64,000 nt of DNA, from contig CAZAXF010000003.1 of the NCBI GenBank assembly GCA_964489055.1, forward strand, positions 11,087 through 75,086. The letters run 5' to 3'. Within the stretch, counting starts at the first letter, position 1. Each line of letters begins with the position of its first letter. A model generated the notes under the pieces. The model ran no database searches, had not been told where the DNA came from, and was given only the letters and a program-made list of their open reading frames with translations. Source of the DNA: an uncultured Rhodanobacter sp. Lineage in GTDB: Bacteria > Pseudomonadota > Gammaproteobacteria > Xanthomonadales > Rhodanobacteraceae. This document shows, one piece after another, positions 45,979 to 53,985 of the stretch. Made by a program: the position numbers and the translations under genes.

Positions 45979-45989
45979 ACGCGCCACTG

Positions 45990-46105
45990 CTCATCGAGAC
46001 CGGCTGAGGGACAGGCCCTTGGAAGCCGGGGCAACCCGCCGAACCTTTCCGGTTCGGCAACGGTGCCAACTCCTGCGGGGGCGCGAACGCCCGCCGAGAG
46101 ATGAG
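45990..46105 (+). promoter_or_regulatory. SAM-I (S-box) riboswitch
   Basis: P1 CTCATC...GATGAG. The conserved core is AGACCGGCTGAGGGACAGGCCCTTGGAAGCCGGGGCAACC, then a P3 hairpin CGCCGAACCTTTCCGGTTCGGC, then GGTGCCAACTCCTGC, then a P4 GGGGGCGCGAACGCCCGCC, then GAGAGATGAG. Confidence 0.9.
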
Positions 46106-46111
46106 CCGCAC

Positions 46112-46133
46112 AACCCCGCCGTGCCGCGGGGTT
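46112..46133 (+). terminator. Hairpin of the riboswitch expression platform
   Basis: AACCCCGC-cgtgcc-GCGGGGTT immediately follows P1, with a T-rich stretch (CCGGTTTTCC) further on. Whether it acts by termination or by sequestration is not resolved. Confidence 0.4.
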
Positions 46134-46191
46134 GACGGCCGTTTCCGGTTTTCCGCATGACCCGATGAGGTATGCCAGCCGGAGAACCGCC

Positions 46192-47220
46192 ATGAGTCGC
46201 GCCGCCGCACCCCTGCTTTCCGAGTCCTCCACCGGAACCGTGCCCGTTGCGGCGCGTGCCGCCCTCGCACAGCAGCGCGGATCGCGCCGCATTCGCATGG
46301 CGCCGCGCTACGGTACGGGCGATCGCGAAGTGGAAATCCGCTACCTGTGGATCGGCCCACCGGACGCACCCACCGTGGTGGTGCAGGGCGGCATCTCGGC
46401 CGATCGTGATGTGTGCACCAGCGCCGGGCATCCGGCGCCGGGGTGGTGGGAGGCACTGGTCGGCGCCGGCCGCGTGGTCGATCTCGAGCGCGTGCGCGTG
46501 CTCGCCATCGACTGGCTGGATGCCGATGATCTTGTTGCACCATCGGTATCGAGCGACGACCAGGCCGACGCACTGGTGGCGTTGCTGGACGCACTCGGGA
46601 TCACGCGTGTCGCGGCGTTCGTGGGAGCGTCCTACGGCGCGATGGTCGGGCTTGCGTTCGCGGCACGCCACGGTGGCCGCCTCGGCCGACTGGTGGCGCT
46701 GGCCGGGGCGCATCGCCCGCATCCGCTGGCGAGTGCGCAGCGCGCGGTGCAGCGCGGCATCATCCGGCTGGGCCTTGCCAACGGCTGCGTGGACGACGCG
46801 CTTTCGCTGGCGCGCCAGCTCGCGCTCACCACGTATCGCAGCGGCGGCGAATTCGACCGTCGCTTTGCCGGTGGCGCGGAATACCGCAACGAGCGCTTCC
46901 GCTTGCCGGTCGAAGACTGGCTGGAACTGCACGGTCGCCGCTTCGCCGCGCGCTTCACGGCGCGTCGCTATCTCGCCCTGTCCGAATCGATCGACCTGCA
47001 CGACGTCGATCCCGCGGCCGTGCGCACGCCGACCCGCCTGATCGGCTTCGCCAGCGACCGCCTGGTGCCGCTCGCCGACCTGTGCGCGTTGCAGCAACGA
47101 TTCGGCGCGCCGGCCAGCCTGGAAGTCGTCGAGACGCCGTACGGTCACGACGGCTTCCTGAAGGAACCCGAACGCCTCGCGCCGCTGCTGCGTGAAGCCC
47201 TGAACGATTGCGGAGCCTGA
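46192..47220 (+). CDS. metX: Homoserine O-acyltransferase (MetX; succinyl- or acetyl-specific not resolvable)
   Basis: ATG at 46192 with a GGAGA RBS. Alpha/beta fold with the elbow GASYGAMVG. 342 aa. Confidence 0.9.
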   Translation: MSRAAAPLLSESSTGTVPVAARAALAQQRGSRRIRMAPRYGTGDREVEIRYLWIGPPDAPTVVVQGGISADRDVCTSAGHPAPGWWEALVGAGRVVDLERVRVLAIDWLDADDLVAPSVSSDDQADALVALLDALGITRVAAFVGASYGAMVGLAFAARHGGRLGRLVALAGAHRPHPLASAQRAVQRGIIRLGLANGCVDDALSLARQLALTTYRSGGEFDRRFAGGAEYRNERFRLPVEDWLELHGRRFAARFTARRYLALSESIDLHDVDPAAVRTPTRLIGFASDRLVPLADLCALQQRFGAPASLEVVETPYGHDGFLKEPERLAPLLREALNDCGA

Positions 47221-47221
47221 C

Positions 47222-48412
47222 ATGACCCTCGACATCGAATCGTGTACCCGCGCGGTGCGCGCCGGCATCGAAAGCGACACCCGGCACGGCGCGGTGGTGC
47301 CGCCGCTGCACCTGTCCACCAACTACGCGTTTGCCGGCTTCAACCAGAAGCGCGCCTACGACTATTCGCGCAGCGGCAATCCGACGCGCGACCTGCTGGC
47401 CGAAGCGCTGGCGGACCTGGAACAGGGCGCCGGCGCGGTGGTGACCGCCAGCGGCATGGCCGCGGTGGCGCTGGCGCTGGAACTGGTGCCCGATGGCGGC
47501 CGTGTGCTGGCCGCGCATGATTGCTACGGCGGGACGTGGCGCCTGCTGGATGCGTGGGCGCGCAAGGGACGTTTCGATCTGCGCTTTGCCGACCTGACCG
47601 ATCCCGCAGTGCTGGCTGCGGGAGTGGCCGAACGGCCCTCGCTGGTGTGGGTGGAAACGCCATCCAATCCACTGCTGCGCATCACCGACATCCGCGACGT
47701 CGCACAGGCGGCACACGCCGCAGGCGCGCTGTGCGTGGTCGACAACACCTTCCTGTCGCCGGTGCTGCAACAGCCGCTGGCGCTGGATGCCGACGTGGTG
47801 GTGCACTCGACAACCAAGTACATCAACGGCCACAGCGATGTGGTCGGTGGCGCGGTGGTGGCGCGTGCGCCGGAAATCGCCGAGCAGCTGAAATGGTGGG
47901 GCAATTGCCTGGGGCTCACCGGCGCGCCGTTCGACAGCTGGCTGACCTTGCGCGGCCTGCGCACCCTGTCGGCACGATTGCGCGTGCACCAGGACAACGC
48001 CGCGGCGCTGGCCACGCTGCTGGATGCGCACCCCGTGGTCACGCGGGTGTTCCACCCGGGGCTCCCCGCGCATCCGCAGCACGCGCTGGCGACGCGCCAG
48101 CAATCGGGATTCGGCGCGATGCTTTCATTCGAGCTCGCCGGGGGCGAAGCCGCGGTGCGTGCATTCCTCGACGGCCTGCGATGCATCACGCTGGCCGAAT
48201 CGCTGGGCGGGGTGGAGAGCCTCGTTGCGCACCCGGCCACCATGACCCACGCGGCAATGGCGCCGGAGGCGCGCCGCGCCGCGGGCATTTCCGACACCTT
48301 GCTGCGGCTGTCGGTCGGCATCGAGGACGTCGGCGACCTGTCACGCGACCTGCGTGCGGCGCTGGTGCGTGCCGAGGCCGCGCGCAAGAAATCCGTGGCG
48401 GTGGACGCATGA
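47222..48412 (+). CDS. metB: Cystathionine gamma-synthase / O-succinylhomoserine sulfhydrylase (PLP Cys/Met family)
   Basis: 396 aa with YSRSGNPT and the PLP-lysine region STTKYINGHSD. Confidence 0.9.
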   Translation: MTLDIESCTRAVRAGIESDTRHGAVVPPLHLSTNYAFAGFNQKRAYDYSRSGNPTRDLLAEALADLEQGAGAVVTASGMAAVALALELVPDGGRVLAAHDCYGGTWRLLDAWARKGRFDLRFADLTDPAVLAAGVAERPSLVWVETPSNPLLRITDIRDVAQAAHAAGALCVVDNTFLSPVLQQPLALDADVVVHSTTKYINGHSDVVGGAVVARAPEIAEQLKWWGNCLGLTGAPFDSWLTLRGLRTLSARLRVHQDNAAALATLLDAHPVVTRVFHPGLPAHPQHALATRQQSGFGAMLSFELAGGEAAVRAFLDGLRCITLAESLGGVESLVAHPATMTHAAMAPEARRAAGISDTLLRLSVGIEDVGDLSRDLRAALVRAEAARKKSVAVDA

Positions 48413-49488
48413 GCGCCGTCCTGGCGCAAGGCACCATCGCGCGGTCGGCGCTGGTGCGCGACATCGCGGTGGTGTTGCTTGGCACCGGCCAGGTCGGTGG
48501 CGCGTTCCTGCGATTGCTGCGCACGCCGGCCGGCGCGCGGATTCGTTTGCTCGGCGCCGCCAATTCACGCCATCAGCAACTGGACCCGTGCGCCCTGGCC
48601 GATCGCCGCCTGCGCGAGCGACTGGACCACGCCGGCGGGGCTCGCGACGATGCCGCACTGCTGGCTGCGCTCGAGGCAAGCGACGCGCCGGTCCGCGTGG
48701 TGGTCGACGCCACCGCTTCGGCCGAACTTGCACTGCGCCATCCCGAATGGCTGGCGCGTGGCTGCCACGTCGTCACCGCCAACAAGGCGCTGGCCGGCGG
48801 CGATCTCGAAGGCTGGCGCGCGCTGCAGGCCGCGTGCGCCCGGGGTGCGCACTACGGCGACAGCGCCACCGTGGGCGCCGGCCTGCCGGCGCTGGCCACG
48901 CTGCGTCGGCTGCATGCCTGCGGCGATCGTGTCACCCGCATCGAAGGCGTGTTTTCCGGATCGCTGTCGTACCTGTTCAATCACCACGACGGCCGCCAGC
49001 CGTTTTCGACCCTGCTGCGCGAAGCCTGCGCGCTGGGCTACACCGAACCCGATCCGCGCGCCGATCTTGCGGGCGAGGACGTGGCGCGCAAGCTCCTGAT
49101 CCTGGCGCGCATCGCCGGTTACCCACTGGAACGTACCGACATCGAGGTCGAAAACCTGGTGCCGGAATCCCTGCGCGCGCTGCCGCGAGCCGTACTCCCG
49201 GACCGCCTCGACGAGCTGGATGCGCCCGTGGCCGCGCGCCACGCCGGGGCCGCGGCACACGGCAACGCCTTGCGCTACCTCGCCCGTTTCGATGCAGCCT
49301 TGGGCGCGACGGTCGGCCTGGTCGAGGTGCCCTGCACGCACCCGACCGCGCACCTGCAGGGTGCAGACAACCTGTTTGCCTTCACCACTGCGCGCTACGC
49401 GCAACGCCCGCTGGTGATCCAGGGCGCAGGCGCCGGGCCGGAAGTGACCGCGCAGGCGATCCTCGGCGACATTCTCCTCGCGGCGTGA
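48409..49488 (+). CDS. hom: Homoserine dehydrogenase
   Basis: The ATG overlaps the metB stop (ATGA). LLGTGQVGGAF (NAD), VVTANKAL and ATVGAGLP are present. 359 aa. Confidence 0.88.
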   Translation: MSAVLAQGTIARSALVRDIAVVLLGTGQVGGAFLRLLRTPAGARIRLLGAANSRHQQLDPCALADRRLRERLDHAGGARDDAALLAALEASDAPVRVVVDATASAELALRHPEWLARGCHVVTANKALAGGDLEGWRALQAACARGAHYGDSATVGAGLPALATLRRLHACGDRVTRIEGVFSGSLSYLFNHHDGRQPFSTLLREACALGYTEPDPRADLAGEDVARKLLILARIAGYPLERTDIEVENLVPESLRALPRAVLPDRLDELDAPVAARHAGAAAHGNALRYLARFDAALGATVGLVEVPCTHPTAHLQGADNLFAFTTARYAQRPLVIQGAGAGPEVTAQAILGDILLAA

Positions 49489-49598
49489 GATCCGCGCGCC
49501 GGGCAGGATCGTGCATCGCCGCGTGCCATCCGCGGGCATCCCGCGGCTGTGCCGCGTTCGGTTACCATCGCGGCGTGCCAAGTGGCGACGGGCCACCC

Positions 49599-51773
49599 AT
49601 GGAACAGTCGCATCCACCAGTCGCTGGTCGCGCCGCGCCGAAGGCGACAGCCCCGCGCACGCGCCGGATCTGCACGCTGCTGGTGTGCGACCTGGCCGAT
49701 TCCACCGCGCTGGTGGAACGCCTTGGCGACCAGCGTGCCTCGGGACTGATCGAGCAGCACGATCGGCTCGCGCGCGCGCTGGCGGCGCAGCACCACGGCC
49801 GCGAAATCGACAAGACCGACGGCTTCCTGCTGCTGTTCGAACGCCCCAGCCACGCGGTGGCCTGGGCGATGGACTACCACCGCGAACTGGCTGCGTTGTC
49901 CGGGGCCGGGGGCGAAACGTTGCAGGCCCGGGTCGGCATCCACATGGGCGACGTGGTGACCTGGGAAAATCCGCCAGAGTCGGTGGCGCACGGCGCCAAG
50001 CCGATGGAAGTGGAGGGACTTGCCAAGCCCGTCGCGGCGCGGCTGGCGCAACTGGCCCTGCCGGGCCAGACCCTGCTCACCGAATCCACGGCCGGACTGG
50101 CACAACGCGCCGAGGACGAGATCGGCATCGGCGATGGCGAGTTGTGCTGGCTGGCGCACGGCCGGTTCCGGTTGAAGGGCCTGCCCGAACCGGTGGTTGT
50201 CACCGAGGTGGGCATCCGCGGACTGGCCCCGCTGCGCGTACCGGTCGACCGGCGCAGCGCGGCGCGCGTGGGTCGACCGCGCACCGCATTCCTGGTTGCG
50301 CTGGCGCTGGTCGCGTTGCTGGGCATCGCGGCCGCAGCCTGGTTTGCGCGCCGGGCTCCGGCCCCGCCCATTCCCGAAAAGTCCATCGCGGTGCTGCCCT
50401 TCGCCAACGAGAGCGGCGACCCGGGCCAGCAGTTCTTTTCCGACGGGCTGTCGGAAAACCTCATCAATGCGCTGTCGCAATTCGACGGGCTCAAGGTCAT
50501 CAGCCGCAATTCGGCTTTCCAGTTCCGCGACAGCAAGGACACCGCGGCACGGATCGGTCGCGCGCTGGGCGTCGCGCACCTGCTGGAGGGCACGGTGCAG
50601 CGCGCCGGCGGCGAGGTGCGCATCACCGCGACACTCGTCAATGCCGCCGACGGCAGCACGCTGTGGTCGGATCACTACGACCGCCCGTACAAGGACCTGT
50701 TCGCGCTGCAGGACGACATCACCCACGCGGTCGCCACGGCGCTGCAGGCGAAGCTGCTTACCTCACCCGGTGCGGTGGTGCAAAGCGAACGTCCGCCGGG
50801 CGGCAGCGTGGCCGCCTACATCGCCTACCAGCACGGCCTGGCCTACGACAAGCTTGCGACCGAACAGGGTTCGCGGCAGGCGATCGCGGCCTACGGCGAG
50901 GCCATTCGCATCGACCCGCAGTACGCCGCGGCCTACGCGCAGATGGCCGGTTCGTGGGTCAGCATGGCGGCGCAGTTCCTGGGCGGTGCGCAGGCGGCGG
51001 ATGCGTTCGCGCAGGCACGCAGGGCCGCGCGCAAGGCCCTGGCGCTGGACCCGGACCTGTCGCTGGCGCACCAGGCGCAGGCCGCCTTGTTGCAGCTAGC
51101 CGACAGGGACTGGCGTGGCGCCGAGGCCGAGGCCCGGCGCGCGCTGCAACTGGCGCCCAACGATCCACAGGCGAAATTCGGGCTGGCCTACATCTCGCCG
51201 GCGCTCGGGCAGGTGCGGCGCGCAGCCGAGCTGACGCGGCAGGCGCTGCGGGTCGACCCGCGCCATTCGCGCTGGTACGAATGGCTGAGCTACTACCTCG
51301 CTGGCACGGGCCATCTCGATGAGGCGCGCCAGGCCGCCCACACGGCCATTTCGTTGCAACCCGATGCCGCGTCCAATTACGAGCAGCTCGCGATCATCGA
51401 GATCCTGCGCGGCGATCCGGCGGCAGCGCTGGCGGCTGCGCGCCGCGAACCGCCGGGCGTGTGGCACGACGCCGCGATGGCGCTGGCGCTGCAGGTGGGG
51501 TCCGATCGTGCAGCCGCCGATGCGGCATTGAAGAAACTCGTCGCCGGCCACGCCGGTGATGCGGCCTATCAGATCGCGCAGGTATACGCGCTGCGCCGCG
51601 ATCCCGACGCCATGTTCAAGTGGCTGGACCGCGCCTGGGACAACCACGACGGCGGGATCATGCTGGTTCTTTCCGACCCGATGATCCTGCGATACCGGGA
51701 TGACCCGCGCTTTGCAGCCCTGTGCGCCAGGGTCGGCGTGCCCGACACCACCGATGCAGTGGCGATGAACTGA
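49599..51773 (+). CDS. Class III adenylate/guanylate cyclase fused to a TM segment, TolB-N-like module and TPR repeats
   Basis: Start at MEQSHPPVAG. Cyclase motifs LVCDLADSTALVERLGD and VGIHMGDV. TM TAFLVALALVALLGIAAAAWF. IAVLPFANESGD is followed by TPR-like helices. 724 aa. Confidence 0.85.
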   Translation: MEQSHPPVAGRAAPKATAPRTRRICTLLVCDLADSTALVERLGDQRASGLIEQHDRLARALAAQHHGREIDKTDGFLLLFERPSHAVAWAMDYHRELAALSGAGGETLQARVGIHMGDVVTWENPPESVAHGAKPMEVEGLAKPVAARLAQLALPGQTLLTESTAGLAQRAEDEIGIGDGELCWLAHGRFRLKGLPEPVVVTEVGIRGLAPLRVPVDRRSAARVGRPRTAFLVALALVALLGIAAAAWFARRAPAPPIPEKSIAVLPFANESGDPGQQFFSDGLSENLINALSQFDGLKVISRNSAFQFRDSKDTAARIGRALGVAHLLEGTVQRAGGEVRITATLVNAADGSTLWSDHYDRPYKDLFALQDDITHAVATALQAKLLTSPGAVVQSERPPGGSVAAYIAYQHGLAYDKLATEQGSRQAIAAYGEAIRIDPQYAAAYAQMAGSWVSMAAQFLGGAQAADAFAQARRAARKALALDPDLSLAHQAQAALLQLADRDWRGAEAEARRALQLAPNDPQAKFGLAYISPALGQVRRAAELTRQALRVDPRHSRWYEWLSYYLAGTGHLDEARQAAHTAISLQPDAASNYEQLAIIEILRGDPAAALAAARREPPGVWHDAAMALALQVGSDRAAADAALKKLVAGHAGDAAYQIAQVYALRRDPDAMFKWLDRAWDNHDGGIMLVLSDPMILRYRDDPRFAALCARVGVPDTTDAVAMN

Positions 51774-51853
51774 ATGCCTCGTGACAGGGACTGGAAAAGG
51801 TGCATTGATTGTGGCAAATACAAATGTGCAGAACAGTTGTTGAGGTCTGCAAC

Positions 51854-52087
51854 ATGTCAACCGTCATGATCCAGGTTCGCAATGTCCCGCAACGCGTGCA
51901 TCGCACGCTCAAGGCCCGCGCGGTGCTGGCGGGCAAGAGTCTCAGTGACTGCATCCTCGAAGAGCTGACGACCATGGCGGCACTGCCCTCGCAGGAAGAG
52001 GTGTGCTCGATGCTGGGTGCGGCGGAGCCCTTCGCAATGAAGAGGTCGTCTGCCGCCAGGGTGCGTTCGGCACGGGACGCCGCGTGA
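51854..52087 (+). CDS. RHH antitoxin (FitA/VapB-like)
   Basis: MSTVMIQVRNVPQRVHRTLKARAVLAGKSLSDCILEEL is typical of Arc/RHH 'plasmid stability' antitoxins paired with PIN toxins. 77 aa. Confidence 0.75.
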   Translation: MSTVMIQVRNVPQRVHRTLKARAVLAGKSLSDCILEELTTMAALPSQEEVCSMLGAAEPFAMKRSSAARVRSARDAA

Positions 52088-52097
52088 GTCCGTCGAC

Positions 52098-52175
52098 GTG
52101 AGCCGCGTACTGGTGGTCGATGTTTCGGTCGCGATCACCAACCAGTGCACGCCCTTGCAACGCCTCGCCAGGTGA
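52098..52175 (+). pseudogene. Remnant of a PIN-domain (VapC/FitB) toxin, first ~15 codons recognisable
   Basis: A GTG 10 nt after the antitoxin stop gives VSRVLVVDVSVAITNQCTPLQRLAR*. LVVDxSVAI is the usual PIN N-terminus with the first catalytic Asp. The reading frame ends after 25 codons. Confidence 0.4.
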
Positions 52176-52229
52176 CGTGGCGGGAAATGCAGGCTGGTGG
52201 GCGCATGCCAACGGGCCATGGCGTACCGA

Positions 52230-53564
52230 CTACGCAGCCGCGAACGCCTCGCGCGTGAGGTTCAGCGGCTCGCCTTCGGTGCACGCGACGTCGTCCTCGA
52301 TGCGGATGCCGCCGTACTTGCGGAATGCGTCGACCTTGTCCCACACCACGTCCTTCGCGGCGGGTCTGGCTTTCAGTTCCTGCAGCAGCATGTCGATGAA
52401 GTAGAGCCCGGGCTCGATGGTCACGACCATGCCCGGTTCCAGCGTGCGGGTGAGGCGCAGGTAGGGATGCCCGTCGGGCCTGGGGATCGTGTTGCCCTGC
52501 TCGTCGCGCGCGAAGCCGGCCACGTCGTGCACCTGAAGGCCGATCAGGTGCCCGAGGCCGTGCGGGAAGAATGTCGATGAGATGCCGTTTTCCACCGCCA
52601 CCTCGGGCGAACAGGTTATGAAACCCTGCTCGCGCATCACCTGCATCAGCACGTGGTGCGCGTGCACGTGCAGTTCGGGATAGCCCTGGCCCGCGCGCAC
52701 CCTGGCGCAGAAGTCCTGCTGCGCTTTTTCCACCGCGTCGATCAACGCCTGCCATTCACCGGCATCCGGTGAGGCGTAGCTGCGGGTGATGTCCGAGGCG
52801 TAGCCATGGAAGCGGCCGCCGGCGTCGATCAGGAACGAGTGCGCGTGCGTTGGCGGGTTGTGGTTGAACTGCATGTAGTGCAGCACCGCGGCGTGCGCAT
52901 CCAGTGCGATGATGTTGCCGTAGGGCAGCTGCGATTCGGCCAGCCGCGTGGCCTCGAGATAACGGCAGTGGATGTCGAATTCCGACAGCCCCTCGCGGAA
53001 CGCCTTTTCCGCCGCACGATGGCCATGTACGCCAAGCTTGCTGGCGGTGCGCATCATGGTGATCTCGTAGGGTGTCTTGAACGCGCGCCGGTAGTGCAGC
53101 AGGTTCATCAGTGGCGCCGGGTTGTCCGGCACGACATCGCCGATCGCCGCGTTGGCTTCGCCCACGATCGCGCAACGCGACGGGTCGCCCGGCAGATGCG
53201 CCCGCGCCTCGTCCGGCGTGCGGATCGTGACGATGTCGAAGTGTCCGGTCCAGTATCCGGCGGGCGCGGCGGGCACCACGTGCCAGTAGTCGTGTGGTTG
53301 CAGGAACACCAGCTTCGGCTTGGCGCCCGGCGTGTACACCAACCAGCTTCCCGGCGCATCGGCCAGCGGCAGCCAGTGGAGGAAATGCGGGTTGGCCCGG
53401 AACGGATGGTCCTGGTCGTCCAGGAACACCGGATGCGGCCGGCCGGCGGCGATCACCAGCGTGTCGCGCCCGCACGCGGCCAGCGCCTCGTTGCTGCGCT
53501 TTTCGACCTCGGCGAGGTGCGCGGGATACAGCGCGGAAAGATTGTCCTGCGGGGATGCGGTCAT
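52230..53564 (-). CDS. pepQ: Xaa-Pro dipeptidase
   Basis: Start at MTASPQDNLSALYPAHL (ATG 53564). HGLGHLIGLQVHD, IEPG and IRIEDDV are present. 444 aa. Confidence 0.93.
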   Translation of the reverse strand: MTASPQDNLSALYPAHLAEVEKRSNEALAACGRDTLVIAAGRPHPVFLDDQDHPFRANPHFLHWLPLADAPGSWLVYTPGAKPKLVFLQPHDYWHVVPAAPAGYWTGHFDIVTIRTPDEARAHLPGDPSRCAIVGEANAAIGDVVPDNPAPLMNLLHYRRAFKTPYEITMMRTASKLGVHGHRAAEKAFREGLSEFDIHCRYLEATRLAESQLPYGNIIALDAHAAVLHYMQFNHNPPTHAHSFLIDAGGRFHGYASDITRSYASPDAGEWQALIDAVEKAQQDFCARVRAGQGYPELHVHAHHVLMQVMREQGFITCSPEVAVENGISSTFFPHGLGHLIGLQVHDVAGFARDEQGNTIPRPDGHPYLRLTRTLEPGMVVTIEPGLYFIDMLLQELKARPAAKDVVWDKVDAFRKYGGIRIEDDVACTEGEPLNLTREAFAAA

Positions 53565-53652
53565 GGCGGAAAAGCTGCGGATCGAAAACGCCATGATGCG
53601 TCGACGCGCCGCACAACGCAAAGTACGGCGCCGAAGCCCCGGCCGTGCGGCA

Positions 53653-53985
53653 TCAGGCCGGGACCTGGCCGAGCCACTCCTCCAGCGCCCTGGCGTCGGG
53701 CTTGCTGATCGAGATGATACGCAGCCCGGACCATTGGTAGCCGCCGGTGCTGGCCTGTTCGGTCCACATGGTGTGGACGCCGGCTTCGATTTCCGGGCCC
53801 GACCCGTCCAGGCGAAAGCGCAGCTGGTACAACGCGCCGTCGTGCAGCGGCTGGTTGCAGATCAGCATCATGCCGTTGCGCGAAAGGTTGCCGATGCGGC
53901 CGACGTTCTCGCCGGTGATCGCGTCGGTAACCACGATGGGAGCCTGGACCGGCTTGCGCGGGGCGCTGCGGCGCTCGTCGTTCAT
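53653..53985 (-). CDS. PilZ-domain c-di-GMP receptor
   Basis: MNDERRSAPRKPV... has the RRxxxR (ERRSAPR) and N-x-S-x-x-G (NLSRNG) motifs. 110 aa. The ATG overlaps the upstream stop (ATGA). Confidence 0.85.
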   Translation of the reverse strand: MNDERRSAPRKPVQAPIVVTDAITGENVGRIGNLSRNGMMLICNQPLHDGALYQLRFRLDGSGPEIEAGVHTMWTEQASTGGYQWSGLRIISISKPDARALEEWLGQVPA

